This document shows positions 15,001 through 30,000 of a stretch of 48,925 nt of DNA, piece by piece. Under the pieces are notes generated by a model. That model did not search any database. It had not been told where the DNA came from and saw only the letters and a list, made by a program, of their open reading frames with translations. How positions within the stretch are numbered: the stretch's first letter is position 1; every line of letters begins with the position of its first letter. The translations under genes were made by a program, and so were the position numbers. The stretch is from Barthelona sp. PAP020 (taxonomy: Eukaryota). The stretch is from positions 1-48,925 of the forward strand of contig JARQWU010000048.1 of NCBI GenBank assembly GCA_040182905.1. The letters are read 5' to 3'.

Positions 15001-18000
15001 CCCAATAACCATGAACCATAAGAATCTGCCCAAATAGGACCACCAGTAGGAATTGGATTAGATCTGAACAAAATACTGCCAGAAATATAACTGTCTGCAT
15101 AAATGTGAATTCTATTTATTCCATTACAAGCAAACACTTCCAATCGATCTTCAGCATAAAATTCACCTTTCAAAGTCAATTGATGCCCAGAACCCATGAT
15201 GTGATGCTCATCCGTGCCACTAATGGTGGTTTTCACAGCTACAATTGTGTCAGCTGGCCCTAAAAATCCTCCACTAATCCAAATTAACTCATTGACAAAC
15301 ACACGATCAGTTCCATCTCTCCAACCACCATCAATAATCAAACGTTCCAAATAAATGTCAGCACCTGTATCAAAAATAACATAACCACCAGTAATTTTAA
15401 TTTCATTATAATTGATTGAGGTGTCGATTTCACTAAATGATGTAATACCACCAGAAACTAATAGCGTGGTCATTTCCATTTCATCTTCAAATTCATCAAA
15501 AATGATTCTACCTGTGTCAGTATTGACTGCACTATTAACAACCCATTTGCCACCATCTTCGGCAGAAACTCTGTATAGAGTAATAGTACCTTTTGAACAA
15601 TAGAGATTAACAATTGACAACCTAGAACCAGAAAACAATACTGCAGCATTAACGGTTTGAGTAAAAGTATCACTCAACAGATAAGTACCGTAAATATTAA
15701 TCACACAATCATCCAAATACTCCATTTCACCTTCGCCTAACAATTTTCCAGTGCTAGTTAAAGTAAAAGTGTATGAAGCACGAATACTGAGAACTGAATT
15801 TATTCCCAAATTAACAGTACTACTCACTTGAGCATTATTAGCTGGTTGGAAAATACAAAAATCAGCAATATTAATGATACCTGTTGACTCAAAAACAGTG
15901 GAAGAAGGGAAAGTAAAGTGACATTCAGGATTGAATGTTCCCCCAATTACCATACGACCATAATATACAAATACACGACCAGTTGTCACATTGACAATAC
16001 CTGATGATCTAATGCTAAAATCATTGTAAATATTAACATTAGCAAATCCATCTAAAACAACTTGACCATATATTAAAACATCATTAAAAGTAACTGCATC
16101 ATAACTAAAAACATCCAAATCATATATAGAAACATGAGTGAAAGAACCTGTTGTCATGAGTGTATAATCAACAGAAATGGAATCACTTCCAGAAATAGAT
16201 CCAGATTTCAAAGTCAATTGTTCAATCAACACTCTGTTGGTATAAATTGAACTGTCAAATTTCCAAGAAGAATCGTTATCCAATGTAAGATTGGCAATGG
16301 TCAAATACTGCTCGTCAGTAAAATCACCAGAGAAATAAAAATGTCCACCATTTTCAAACGCTAAATTTTCATCCACAGAAATACTGTATCCAATCACATT
16401 TCTATAATGATGATAACAAGATGATGAAGAAACATGATTATAGATGGGAAGATCATTCTTTACATTATCATAAATGATACCACCAAGGTTTGAACTATCA
16501 CAATCAATTCTTGTGGTTAACGTGGTAGATTCATTAAATATTGCTCCATTAAACATCAAACAACCTTGTTCGACCAAAACATTTTGCAAATTATGAGTAC
16601 TGCCAGAACCAAGTCCAAAAACACCACTACTTTCAATGAACAAAGTTTTGGGGAAGAAATGTCCCTTAATTAATGGTGTCATAACACCAGTTGAAGCAGT
16701 ACATTGACCATTGTGATTTTTAAATCTCATTGTAATATTACTGGGTAAAATAACGGTATTTTGTGCGGCAATTAAACGGCCAGAATTGAAAATAACTTCA
16801 ACATCTTCAGCAAACTCCAAAGTAGCCCATTTAAATGCAGTGACACCTAATGAAACATCACGTCTAAATTCAACATCTCCAGATTGGAATTTTAAAGTTG
16901 AACCTTCATTAATTGAAAAAGAAGTATACGAAACAAAACCTTTTTCAAATAACAAATAAGAACTAGCAGTTGCAACAACAGAAAAACTAGTGGTAGTTGT
17001 AAAAATACCCTTAAAAATGGCTTTTGATTGATCAATAAACTTCAAGGTTGAATAAGAATCAGTATCAACTGTCCAATCATTGTCAACATACATATCGTCA
17101 CTGATAACAAATTGAACTTTCTTTGTGACAAAATTATTATCAGTAAAAACTGTAAAATTGTTAACATTAAAATTGAACACTTCAGTTTCCGAATAAATAA
17201 CACCACCATACCATTCAAAAGAATCAACATTGATAACACCACCAGTTGAACCCTTTAGCATACTTGCATCATTCATGTACATGTAATTTGTATTTATTTG
17301 ATTGTTCAAAAATTCAAAACTACCTGAATCCAAAATAATATTATCAACTGAAACTATTGGCACATCAATTAAATATAGCAATTTACCAAAAGTACGAATT
17401 GTTGAAGGTAAAGTTATGGCAATAAGAATATTGTTCATTCTAATATCTGCACTGGTAGTGTATAAAGGTAATTCAACATTGTTACCATCATAAATGCTTA
17501 CTAATGATTCAAAGTTAGCATCACCAATACTGAAAGTGGTAAAATCATGAACAACTAAAGGGGAAACAAAATGAGCATACGTGATGTCAATTTTTACTAA
17601 TGAATTAAATGTGATTTGAGTTGAAGTTAAATGTAAAAACCTTTCAACAATAAAATTGCCTCCATGTAGAATAAATTCAGAATTTTCAAAATTTGTGTAA
17701 TTTTTTCCTTGGAATAAAACACCTGATGTCGAGGCATCTTGAATACTACCATGATTTTCCCATTTTTCAACATCAAATACAGAAGACCAATCTAAACTTT
17801 GTCTTGAAATAATATCAAAATCAGCGTCATTATACAAATAATCAATATTTATTCCTCTAGCAGAAATAATAAATTGAGCATTGTTTGTGATATTGACTAA
17901 ATCTAAAGATAAGATACAATTAGATTTAATATCCAATTTACCAGTGCTTAAAATAATGTATTGCATTGGTAAAGTGGGACAGAAATTTTGGAAAGACACT

Positions 18001-21000
18001 TCGCCAGTAAAAATTTCAATCGCTTGAAATCCTAATCTGGCAGTTTCTCTGAAATCAATAGAAGCATCAGGATTTGAATATTTAAAAATAGGTACATTAT
18101 AACCCCCAGCAACAATTACTGGTGCATCAGTGAATATATTTATTTCTGAAGTTATTGAACCACTTTCTTGAATGTATATCAAACCTGAACTTTCTTCAAG
18201 ATCTACATTATGGAAAAACCCGGTTTCGGTGATATATATATCACCATAAATATTTATGGTATTGCCAATATAAACATCACCAGAAATTTCTACTTGACCC
18301 CCTTCTTCAATTGTCAATTGATCATTAAAGGCCACTGAAGCATTTTCATTGACAATTAATTGACCTTCGGAAGTGATTACAATATGATTTTTAATTATAA
18401 TATCACCAGAAACATTCATAAGTCCACCAACATAGATTCTGTCAGAATTTATATTGGCAGAAGGTTCAATGTACAAAGTAGCATTGTCATGAACATAAGA
18501 GTTTTCTCCCAAATCTTCAAAATTAGAATTTGCACCAATTGAAACGTTGTAATGGTTGTCTATAACCATTGGAATTTCAAAATTGGTTGAGGATAATTGA
18601 ACAAACTGCTCATAATTGTATAAAATGTAGGTAGTTTTTTTATAAGAACTTAAAGGAGACGGAATCTGCTCCAATGTTGTACCAACAATCATTCCACCAT
18701 AATTTATCCATTTTGATTCACAAAAAGACTCATACAAAGATCTATGCCATCCAATCTTAGTTAAATTCCATGGTCCATAATTTATCAACATGTATGGAGC
18801 TAAGGTGGTAATTTTTCCACCATCAATCATATTAAAAGTATAAAATGAGAAGAAACTCTTTGTTTCTATATATAGATTAGCAATTTCCATATAATCAACA
18901 TAAACATATCCTCCTGATAATTTAACCATTGTAGAAGCAAACAAATTACCAACTTCCAAAAATACTTTATCATAAACGGGTGATAATGGTGGTTCTGAAT
19001 TTGAAAAATAATTCCAATCAAAACTACCAGCAAACTCCACAGTTTTACTTTCAATTTTTTCAATCTTAATATTTCCATTGTTTGCATTTAAATACACATT
19101 ATCTGCAACTGTTACTTCATTAATATTCAAATAATTGCATGATGAACATGTGATTGAAGCAGATTTATCTGATCTTAAATAATTCATGTCAGCATAACTA
19201 GAACTACCGTATAAAATCATTTCAACAGCTTCAACAATATCAAAAGAAATAGTTAAACCACCTTCAATTCTAACAGCGCATGTATCACCCAATAATTTAG
19301 ACTCCAGATTTGTAGTTGTAAGTGCTCCAGTTGATTTAATCAAATAATATGCTCCCAAACAATAAAAATCTTCTGCAAAATTCATCAAACCAAAAATGGT
19401 ATATTTACCACTCATTTTAATTACAGAAAGAATTTGAACTTCTCCAGAAGATGCAACATATATGCTTGGATAAAAAACTGATTCTGAATCAATAGAAATT
19501 TCCATATTACCAGCAACAGTAAATTGATAATCATCATTATCAATAAAAAAAGTTTGGTTCAAAATCAATTCAAGAGAAACACCAGCATTAATGTGTAATT
19601 GTCCCAATGTTTTATCAGCTAAAGGTTTGGCATGGAATTCACCAACATCAAACATGCATGATTCAATACAACTATGCTCACCAATAAGAGTTTTCTTTTG
19701 ATCACTGATTGCAACAACATTATCCAATATATATCTTGAAGTGCTATCAGATTCAATACTTCCTGAATACCATTGATGAGAATATGACAAAGACTTTGCA
19801 ACTCCGATAGTACTGAATGAAGCAAACGACCTTTGAATCAAAGAATGAATTGTAACATTTGTCAATGAATTAAATTTCAATGTTGCGCCTGCCAAATCAA
19901 TGTTCTTTAAAATAACATAAGTATTGGTTGATAAAAATTCAATATAACCATTAACAGATTGCAAATTATCAATAATAGCACTATCTACATTATGATGATA
20001 AATCTTTCCATGAATGATTATTTCAGCAACATTGAAGTTCTTAATATCTCTAAATCTCAAAATGTTTGTTGAAGAAATTGAATCTTCAATTTTGCCAATG
20101 TTGACAGAACCAAAAATTTCAGACATTCTGAAATCAACATCACCACTTGTTGTTAAAATAGGAGTTTCAATTTTTTGATAAACAAATAGATCAACTGAAG
20201 AGGAATCAATCACAAATTTATCAACAACAATATTGCTGAAATAAGTCAACTCGTTGGTTTGACAACCAGATATTGTGAAATTAGTTGCTTGAATGCTGCA
20301 AGTTCTTGAAGAACCAGTATCAACTGTTGTTACTCCATCATTATAAAAGGTAGTGCTTATCAATTCAATAACGTCTGCTTCCATTATTCCACCATAATTC
20401 ACATAAAATTTGGAAGATTCAATTTTAATTATTGAGGCTTTTAGTGTTTGCCATTTGATGCTCCAAGCTGTTTTATAAAGATAAAACTTGTATATTTCAC
20501 CAATGGTGTTACTTTGAAAAATGTGTTTAATGTAGCTATTTTTGATGGTAATATTATTACAATTAACAAACTCAGAATTATAAAGATAAAAACTGGTAGA
20601 TCCATCAATTTCAAAGAAAGAAAATCCAAAAATGGAATTTCTCATGTCAAAACTACATCCATCCATTATCAAACCTGCACCAATTAAATTATCTGATGCG
20701 TCTTTTGCCTTAAACTTAAAATTGTCAATAGTAATATAAGAATCAATAAAACTAACATTATGAATATGATGTATGGCAGAAGTAATAGTCAAATATGAAG
20801 AAGAAACGACTTCAATGTATTCCAAAGAATTAAATTGACCAATATTTGTGGTAAATTTAGAACCACCATTAACCAATAATTGTTTCATATTTTGAAACTC
20901 AACATCTTGATTGCTCATTACTGAGGCTCCAATAACAACGATATAATCCAATAAATTACTGGTAACAGTATTCAATGTAGCAGTTGAAGCCTCTGAAATT

Positions 21001-24000
21001 TCAATATCTAACAAAGCAGCGTTCGTGACACTATTTAATGAGAGACTAGAAGAGCCCTTAACAATTAAATGCTCAAATTCTAAATCACAATTATTGATAG
21101 TGTATACAGACTTTGATCTGACCGTCAAAGTCTCATTTAAAATTGTTGGAGTATTTATACATTTGAAAGTGGAATCATCACTATTAAACCTGTAAAACAA
21201 AGTTGTAGACTCTTGAATATCAAAAATTGCACCATTACTTAAATAACCGGTAGATAATTTAGTGTTGGCTCTCTTGATGTAGACGTATGCCTTAGAAAGA
21301 GAAATATCTTTAACATCAAAGAAAGTTAAATCATTAAATTGATTTGAATAAGTAATAGAATATGCCAAATTAAATATTCCTGTTTTCACTTCAAAACTTC
21401 CTTGATTAACAATAAATCTACAATTTGTACAACTAACATCTGTGACACTGGTAATATCTGATCCAGATGCTTCCAAATACATATTTGGAGTATAAGCACT
21501 GAACACATTTTCACTTTCCAATGTAGAATCAGTTAAATATAAACCAGGAACATAATTACCTGAACAAAAAGTTCTATCTTGTTTAAATTGAATATTTGCA
21601 CCCTCAAACTTAAAAGCGTATCCAGCAGCAACGTACAAATTATATAAATCAACTTCAGAATACTTATTCGTGATGTGGAAACGCAAATCAGTGTTATGGA
21701 TTGTAAGATCACCATTGACAACAAGTGCTCCCTTCATTGTTCCGCCTAATATCTTAAAATACGCCAATGTACCTTCAAAATAACTATAATCAGAATTAGA
21801 AGAATATGACCCAACGTTAGCACTTTGAGCAGAAAAACCCCATGTATTGCCATCATCAAAATAAATTGAAGCCAATTTCATCGTCAATCCATTCAAATCA
21901 ATATCTTCACAACTATTACAATCCTGGAAATACAAATAACAACGGAAATATTCAGTATAATCAGTGTTTAAAATTACACCAAAAACGGCTCCATAACCCA
22001 TATTCAAATCAGTGATGTCTAAAACCGAACCATCTTTGATATAATTCTTTCTTGTTGCCAAATACAACAAACCACCATTTGAAAAAGCATCCTTAGTCAA
22101 ATGAATCTGAGCATATGAAGTAAATATAACATAATCTTCCAAATAATGTGTATCAGAATCATAAGCATAATTCATACGATGAATTTCAATTGAATTCAAG
22201 GTTAAGGAGACGCCAGCCGCAAAGTATACATCAGGTCTCACCCTTTCATCCCTTGTATTTAAATATAACCTCAACTCAGGTGCATTCCATGTACCACCAG
22301 TTATAGCAAAGTACTCACTAGACAGGATATCCAATCTAGAAGAAAATGTACCAACAGTTGCAAGATTTCCAGTGAAGTAGGCAGGCATATCAATATATAA
22401 AACATATGTGGAAGCAACTCCAATAAAACCACCATAACTGGATAATATTCTTTCATCTGTTTCTGAAAGAGTCATATCATTCGTGGAACTATAAATTGAA
22501 GTGGATGATTCAACATAAAAGTAAGAATATCCATGGTCATCATTCATATTTGAATTGATATACGATTTAAAAGATCCAACAACTCTAAAGGTATTCCCAC
22601 AAAATTTGACTCTACCTGGATGATGCATCCATATAGTAATCCACTCATCAAATAAATCAATAATACCTTCCTTTTTAACTTTTGTATAATAGGTTTCAGA
22701 ATAAATCAACACATTTCCAATAGAAGTGACATCAGCAGCCCAATCTTGAACAATATCTGTGCCTCTTTCGGCGTAATTATTTGAACGTCTCAAACGAACG
22801 GTTCCAAACAAATACAATTTATTCAAAGGTCTAAAATGAAGATGAATTATAACATCATCCAAAACAGCTACTTCTGTCACATAAATGCATGGAAAAGAAG
22901 CTCCAATTAACTGTGTTGAACCGGTGGCAACGAATTCACTAAAATAAACATCTTTTCCATGAGTTCGTCTGACATCTAGATATGCTCCAGTAAAATAGAA
23001 ACTGCCCAATTCAACATGAACTTGATAGCCTGAAATGTACAATGTACATCCGGTATTGATAGTTGCTGATTTAATTGTTGGTGAAACAGTCACATCAGAA
23101 ATTGAAACTTTAATATTTGCAGATGTCATCAATTGATCAATGGTAAGATCATCATAAATATTGTTTAAATTTAACGTATTATGAGCATCTATTGAACCAA
23201 CATGAATGGGATTTCTAACATCTTGAAATTGCAAAATAGTTCCATAATGAGCTATTGTGCTGAAAGTATAAACCTTGTTGTGTTCAGCACCATCAACATA
23301 CAAAGAACCACCAGAATTGATTGCTGTTGTGGAAACATGAATGGTTCCAACAACGTTAGTGAATGAACAAACAGAACTGGTAATAATCAAATTTTCAATA
23401 TGGATATTTGAAGATAGTGAAAAATGAACCGAAGAAGATGATTCAACGACAAGTGTTGTAATTCTAATATCAACTCCTGATAGAGCTGTGGAGAATGTGA
23501 AGCTACTTCCACCAGATATAGTAAGAGTATTCAAATACCAAATATTATCAATACGAAGAACAGGTGGTTGATGCAAAATCAATTTACCACCGCTACTAAT
23601 GGAAATATCAGTAAAATTATAAACAGAACCAAGAACGAAATGGAATACACCACCTTTAATTGTTAATACAGGACCAAGTTCCCAAATACCACCAAAACGA
23701 ACATAACCAGTAGAAGAAGTGGTGAAAGTTGAACCCAATCCTTTCAACGCAACACCATTCATAACAGTAAAAGGTCCTTGAACCTCTAAAGTGGATGCTA
23801 CTTCTCCTGCACTAACATCAGATAATGTAATGTTATCATTGACAGTCATTGGAGATGGCAAAACCAATCGTGAACCAGGTAAAATAATTAATCTTCCTGA
23901 CAATTGTAATCTGAAATCTATTGTAATATCAGAAGCCACTGTCATATCCCCATTTACAATCAACAAAGGTAATTTGTCGATACCACCTGTGGTAAAAGTC

Positions 24001-27000
24001 AAAGGATAAACAACAGCACTGGAACTTTGTGCTCCCGAAGCAAAAGAAGCTCTGACAGTTCCTTCACCAATGAATCGAATAATGGAAGAAAAATAGGTGC
24101 TACCAAACTGAATTATAACATTGTCACCAACTCTAAATAAAGAATCATAATCTTTAAAATAATAATCATGCTTGAATAAAATTTGAACACCATTACCAAC
24201 AGTGTGAACAGTTTCAGCATTCATGACTAAATATTGACCTAAAATATCTAAAATAACATAAGATTCCAATGTACCACCTAAAAATGTGGCACTGTTAGCA
24301 ATTTTAAAATACACAGGACCATTTAAATAACCAGAATACATAATAAAATCATTCAAAGTAATATTGTTAACGATCAATTCAACTTCTGAATTATCTAAAA
24401 TAAACTCCTCAGTATAAATTGATTCAATTTCACTAATCACCAAAGTAGATTGATCCCTCACATTAAATCCATTCAAATATAAAACTTCTGCATTGCTTAA
24501 ATGTTTACATCTTTTAATAGAAAGGGATGCTTGAATTAAAACAATATTATCAACCAACATTGAACAATCTTCAAATTGAATATTGACTTTTTGTAGAGAT
24601 AAATCATTCAAGATTTTAATAATACCTCTAAAAAGAATATTCGTATAATCCTTAGTCCAAACTAACCCTGATGCTGATGTACTTTCCAAAATAGTTTCAT
24701 AACCAAACTCATAATTATCACCATATAATTTTAATCCAGCACTGACACCACTCAAAAGAAGTTCTCCATTGAAATATGCATCAACATTAACCCTCCAATA
24801 ACTGTTATAAAATTCCATAACAGATGAAGCTCCCAATTCAGGTCTAATGTACGTAGTGAATTGAGAATTGGTCACTATCCACTTTCCTTCATTGATAAAC
24901 ATACTGTATCCATAACTGTCATAAAAAGTCAAATCATCTAAAACTTCAACTGTAGCACTGCTGCCAATATTAATTTTCCAATCATACCCATTCATTGCCA
25001 TGTTAGAACTTACTCTCCAAAAAGTGTAGATGTTTAATATTGTTGTATTCTTGACAGTTAAAGAACTATCAGTTTCCCAAGAACCAATATTTAGCTTACA
25101 AGTGGACGACTCAGAATTGAAATCAGTTTCTAAAATTTTCATGTAATCAAATTGAATAGTTTGAGCACAATCCAAATTTGATTGATACAAATACAGAAAA
25201 TCTCCTCCAAACTCAACACAATTTTGAGTTAATTCCACATTATCCAAAAAGACAATACCTTCAATTGTGATAACCGCTCCAGTAACCGTAAGAGTTGAAC
25301 TTTTCATGAAAAAGATGTCATAACTCTTAATTACTTGAATGTTTGTTTCATTAAATACAGTTTGATAATCATAACTTGTTTCTTTCTTAAAATCTAACAC
25401 TGTAACATAACTTAAAGAATGTAACGTTAAATCTGTTGTCACAATAGAATCAGTACTGAAAATGAACGATTCTCTGAATTGAATATACACAGTGGATAAC
25501 TCCATATCCAAATTATAACCAAAAGTTACATATCTACTCTTTACAACAATGTTTGAGTTGTAAATTTTTACGAATTTCATAATTGTTTCATCATTAGTGA
25601 TATTGTATTTTGAATCATAAGTCTCTAACCCTGTTTCGGCAAATACAACTGCATCAACTTTGAAATCACTGTTTCTTACATAATAAGAAGCAGAATGGGA
25701 ATTGATATTCAATTGATTTCCAATGAAATCAATATTTCCATTGTCTGTTGAATCAAATATTAAATCAAAAATCTGAGATTGAACATTCAATACACCTTCA
25801 GTGACAGTTTGACAATCGAACACAATGTAATTTCCACTTGTTACAAGCAAATTAGGTTTTGTTGCAGTTTCAAAACCTTTGAAACATAAATTTCCATGTT
25901 TAAAAACAGTGACTAAATTCAGCAATTCAGAATCAATTCCTTCAAATTCAATTTGACTTGATTCACCATTAATATTCATATCATTGAAAATTGAAAATCC
26001 TGTGAAATTTGCTGTAGCAGAAACAAAATTCAATGAGGATGAATCATAACGATTTGCTTCAAGCATTATTTCATCAACAGAAATAAAATCAAAAGCAGAA
26101 TTACTTCCATTCAGTATTGAACCAGCAATTTTTTCAGTAATATTAACAAATAAATTAGAATTATCAAAAATAGGCAAATCAAAAGTTATTGAACTTGAAG
26201 TGTGAACTTTCATGTCACATATATCCATCATTCCAATAACATTAATATTGGCCACATTAGAAAAATCAAAACTAACATTAAATGCACTTGTACTGTTCAA
26301 ATCAAAAAGATTCCCTTCTTTCAAATTGAAATTAACAACGTTTAAATCATCAGTTAAAATTCTGGTCTTTTGTGAATTATTCAAATCAAATAATGAATTT
26401 GTTATGTTATTTGAAACATTTAAACTCAAATTGTCAACATTTACCACATTAAACTGAGACTTATCAATTTGATTAGAAGTGTAATTTCCCAAAGAATCTA
26501 TATCATGTAAGACAAAATCAACAGTGTCAATTATTTCAATATTGGTTGCATACAGCTCTATAATATCATGATAATCAATTGAAGAATCTGATAATTCAAT
26601 TGTGGAGATACCTCCACTATAATTAACTTGATTCAATGTAAAAGAAGATTCTTTAATAGAATTTTCAACAACAATACCTTCTAAAGTTGAATTAACAGTT
26701 GTATAAGTAAAAGTTGAATTGTAAATATCAACACTTTCAATTCCTTTTACACTATTAACTCTCAAATAATTTATCGTTGAAGAACTGATTTTTGAAACAA
26801 ATAAACCACCATACTCAATATCAATATCAATATAATCTAATTTGGAATCAATCATTTCAGTACATATTACATTTCCATGTATCTTTTGAATTTTATCATA
26901 ACTAAAGGAAGAATCAACCATCTTAACAACATCTATACTACCACTGTTGTTTCCATTGGAATATTTAATAATGGAATTAAGCATATCATCAGAAGTAATC

Positions 27001-30000
27001 CAACCACTATTGGTAATTTCATCAATAACAAAATTAGAATGATAAAACGTGTTACCCAAAATATTACCATGCGTATCACCAATAAAAGCAGTATATGTAG
27101 AATTTTTAATATTTGTAGAATCAATGCCGTCAAAAATACTCACATCATACAATGTAAAAGTAGATTTAAGCATATCAGAAACTTTTAACTTGTAAAATTG
27201 TTGTACTTTATCAAAAGAAAACACTGAATCTTCAAAATAAGAACGTTCATTCATTGTAATATTGAAATCAGTAGCATTAAATATGATAAAAGTACTATCA
27301 ATACTAATTATTGGATCAAAATTTAGAATACTACAATTCACCGTTTGGAAAATAACATCAGTGAAATCAATATGGGTGTTCAAAGAATTGGTAAACTCAT
27401 TGTCCACAACAAGGTCCATAAAAATAGAAAATTGAGAATATTCAGAAAAATGTATTTTCATTTCATCAATGTTCGTCAAATTCATTGAACTAATGTTATC
27501 TTTTACAACTGTTTGTTCAGAAGAACGTTCAAGTTCATCAATTGTCAAATAGATCATTGAATCAACAGTTAAATTACCTATAATGGAATAACTAGTCATA
27601 TATTGATAAAACCCAAAACGAACAACCAATTTTCCTCTTAAATCCAACTTATAAATTTCATTGGAAAAAATCCTTGTCAAATCAAAATAAAAAGACCCTT
27701 CAGAACCAATATAAAGACTTGTAAGATTTTGATCAAGAGACGAAGAAGCATTAAAAACAAATTTACCTGATTCCCACTCAAAATCTGTGGATAATCCATA
27801 AAAACCTTCATACAAAACATAAGCTGAATCTTCAAAACCGTAAATCTTCGAATTTGTTCCATTTATTGTAGTTCCTTCATCAACAATTAATGATCTAATG
27901 ATATTGATAGAACAATCAATAATGTAACCACCGCTTAATCTGGAATTTGTTCCCAAAACAGTAATATTAGAAGAAGATGTAAAAGTGGTAGAATCAGCTT
28001 TCATTCTTGTGTATGAACCAATAACTAAATTAGATTCCACAATTACTGGCTCAAGAAATTCAATAATCCCATTAATTTCAGTATTCAAATCCGAAAGTAA
28101 AGCATTTGAAACACATTGGGAAGTGGGACTATATTGATAACGCATTGTACTGTTTTGATAATCTGTTAAATCATGTATACTAGCATTATATTTGTCAGTG
28201 ATGTTACGATCAATATCAAAAATACAATATTTGAAAGTAACATCTTGCATCTCATATGTATAATCACTAATATTCCCATCATCGTCATAAACTGGAACTG
28301 CTACTTCCACTTCCTCGGTTTTAAGTTCCTCAGATTGGAGGTACATCGGATAAAAAGCACTCTTATTGTCTAAATGTTCATATCTTGCATCAGACACATT
28401 GTGTTCAATATCTTGACAAATTTTTGCCATTTCAGTTTGCAAAATGTCTGAATCAAACAAATATTCTCCATATTTTTGGGATAAATATTCATCTTCCCAA
28501 CAAATAGCCTTCCAAGAAAAAGAAGTATCAAACAATACATCACCACCCAAAGTAATGGGATCAATGAATTGCAATAAAGAATTGGGAGCAACTTTTAAAA
28601 CAACATCATCAAATCTTTCAGCTTTAACAACATGAAACTCAGCACCCATACCAAGATAAATATCACATCCTTCAATATTATATTCATCTACATCTTCTTC
28701 AGGAGCAAAACGACGATTAACAGCCAGAACGTGATCCCAACCCTTCAAAACATTAACTTGACAATAGAATCTAAATTCAATCTCAGAATCAAAAATTCCA
28801 CCATACCAATACATGATTTCGTCAAAAACTAATTTGTCCTCAATCTGTAACAAAGGTACCTTGGTAAATTCACCATAATGAATCAAAATGGGATTTCCAG
28901 TGGAAACCTTAAAATCACCTCCAGACAATCTAAATTCATGAAACTCAAATGGTTGCAAACTGTAATCAAGATTGAATGATCCACCTTGAAAATTAATAAA
29001 CCATTGGAAGTAAGGATTAGTATCATCTCTATACGTAACACCATATTGGAACTCAGTAGAACCTCCAGATTGATTAAAGTATAAGGTAAAATCAGAAAAC
29101 ATACAACCATCCATAAACGTCAGTTGTCCATCTGTTTTTTCAACAATTCTCAACCCTTCAATTCTTGCATCACCAGTGAAATAAATATCACCACCGTATA
29201 TGTACAATTCACGAAGATACAAAGGTTTTGCTCTGAAACCTACTGTACCATTATAGATCATAAAACTACCATAGTAATACATCATTATCATTGAATTAAA
29301 TGTTGCACTTCCCACTTTTGAGTCAAAAATAAAATATCCATTTGTTGTTTGTGACAAAATATGACTATAGAATTGAATGGTCCCATTAAAAATACCAATA
29401 CCATCATTAACAAAGTAATTATTACCCATATGATTAAAATCACATTCAGCCAAAAAAGTTTTGCCTTCATTGATGTGAAAGAATCCAAAATTTGAAAACA
29501 AAGGGTTGGTTTCAGTGGATGCTGCTGCTTGATTTGAATAAATGGTAAAATCAAACACATCAATTGTTGCAGAATTATCAGTGGATATTGTGCAACCATA
29601 ATCAAGAGTAATAGATCCTTCACCTAATGTAAGAACACCTCCTTCAACATGAATCGCAGAAAAAGGCTCAAGAACTCGATTATGATTGCCAAGAAAAGAC
29701 ATCACAGTAGAAGCCTTCAAAATAGCAAAACCACGAAGATTACACTTGTACATTTCAACTTTAATTGCTGAAAGAACAACATTATAATCAAATACTAAAT
29801 TGACTTCATTTGCATCTGAACCTAAATATAACTCACCTAAAGAAATTGACTTCTTCATCGTGATATTTACTGTTGTTTGAATTTTAACGTTAGAATTAGC
29901 AACAGGGGCTAACCCTTCACTCCAACAAGCATCTTCATAAAAATCGTGTTCACCTTCACAAATATATTCGTTGTAGGCTGAACTACAAACGATAATTAAC

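Noticed and set aside
1696..29623. Dozens of 60-111 aa ORFs on both strands in the track
   Set aside because: They are antisense or out-of-frame shadows of the giant minus-strand ORF and have no recognisable motifs.
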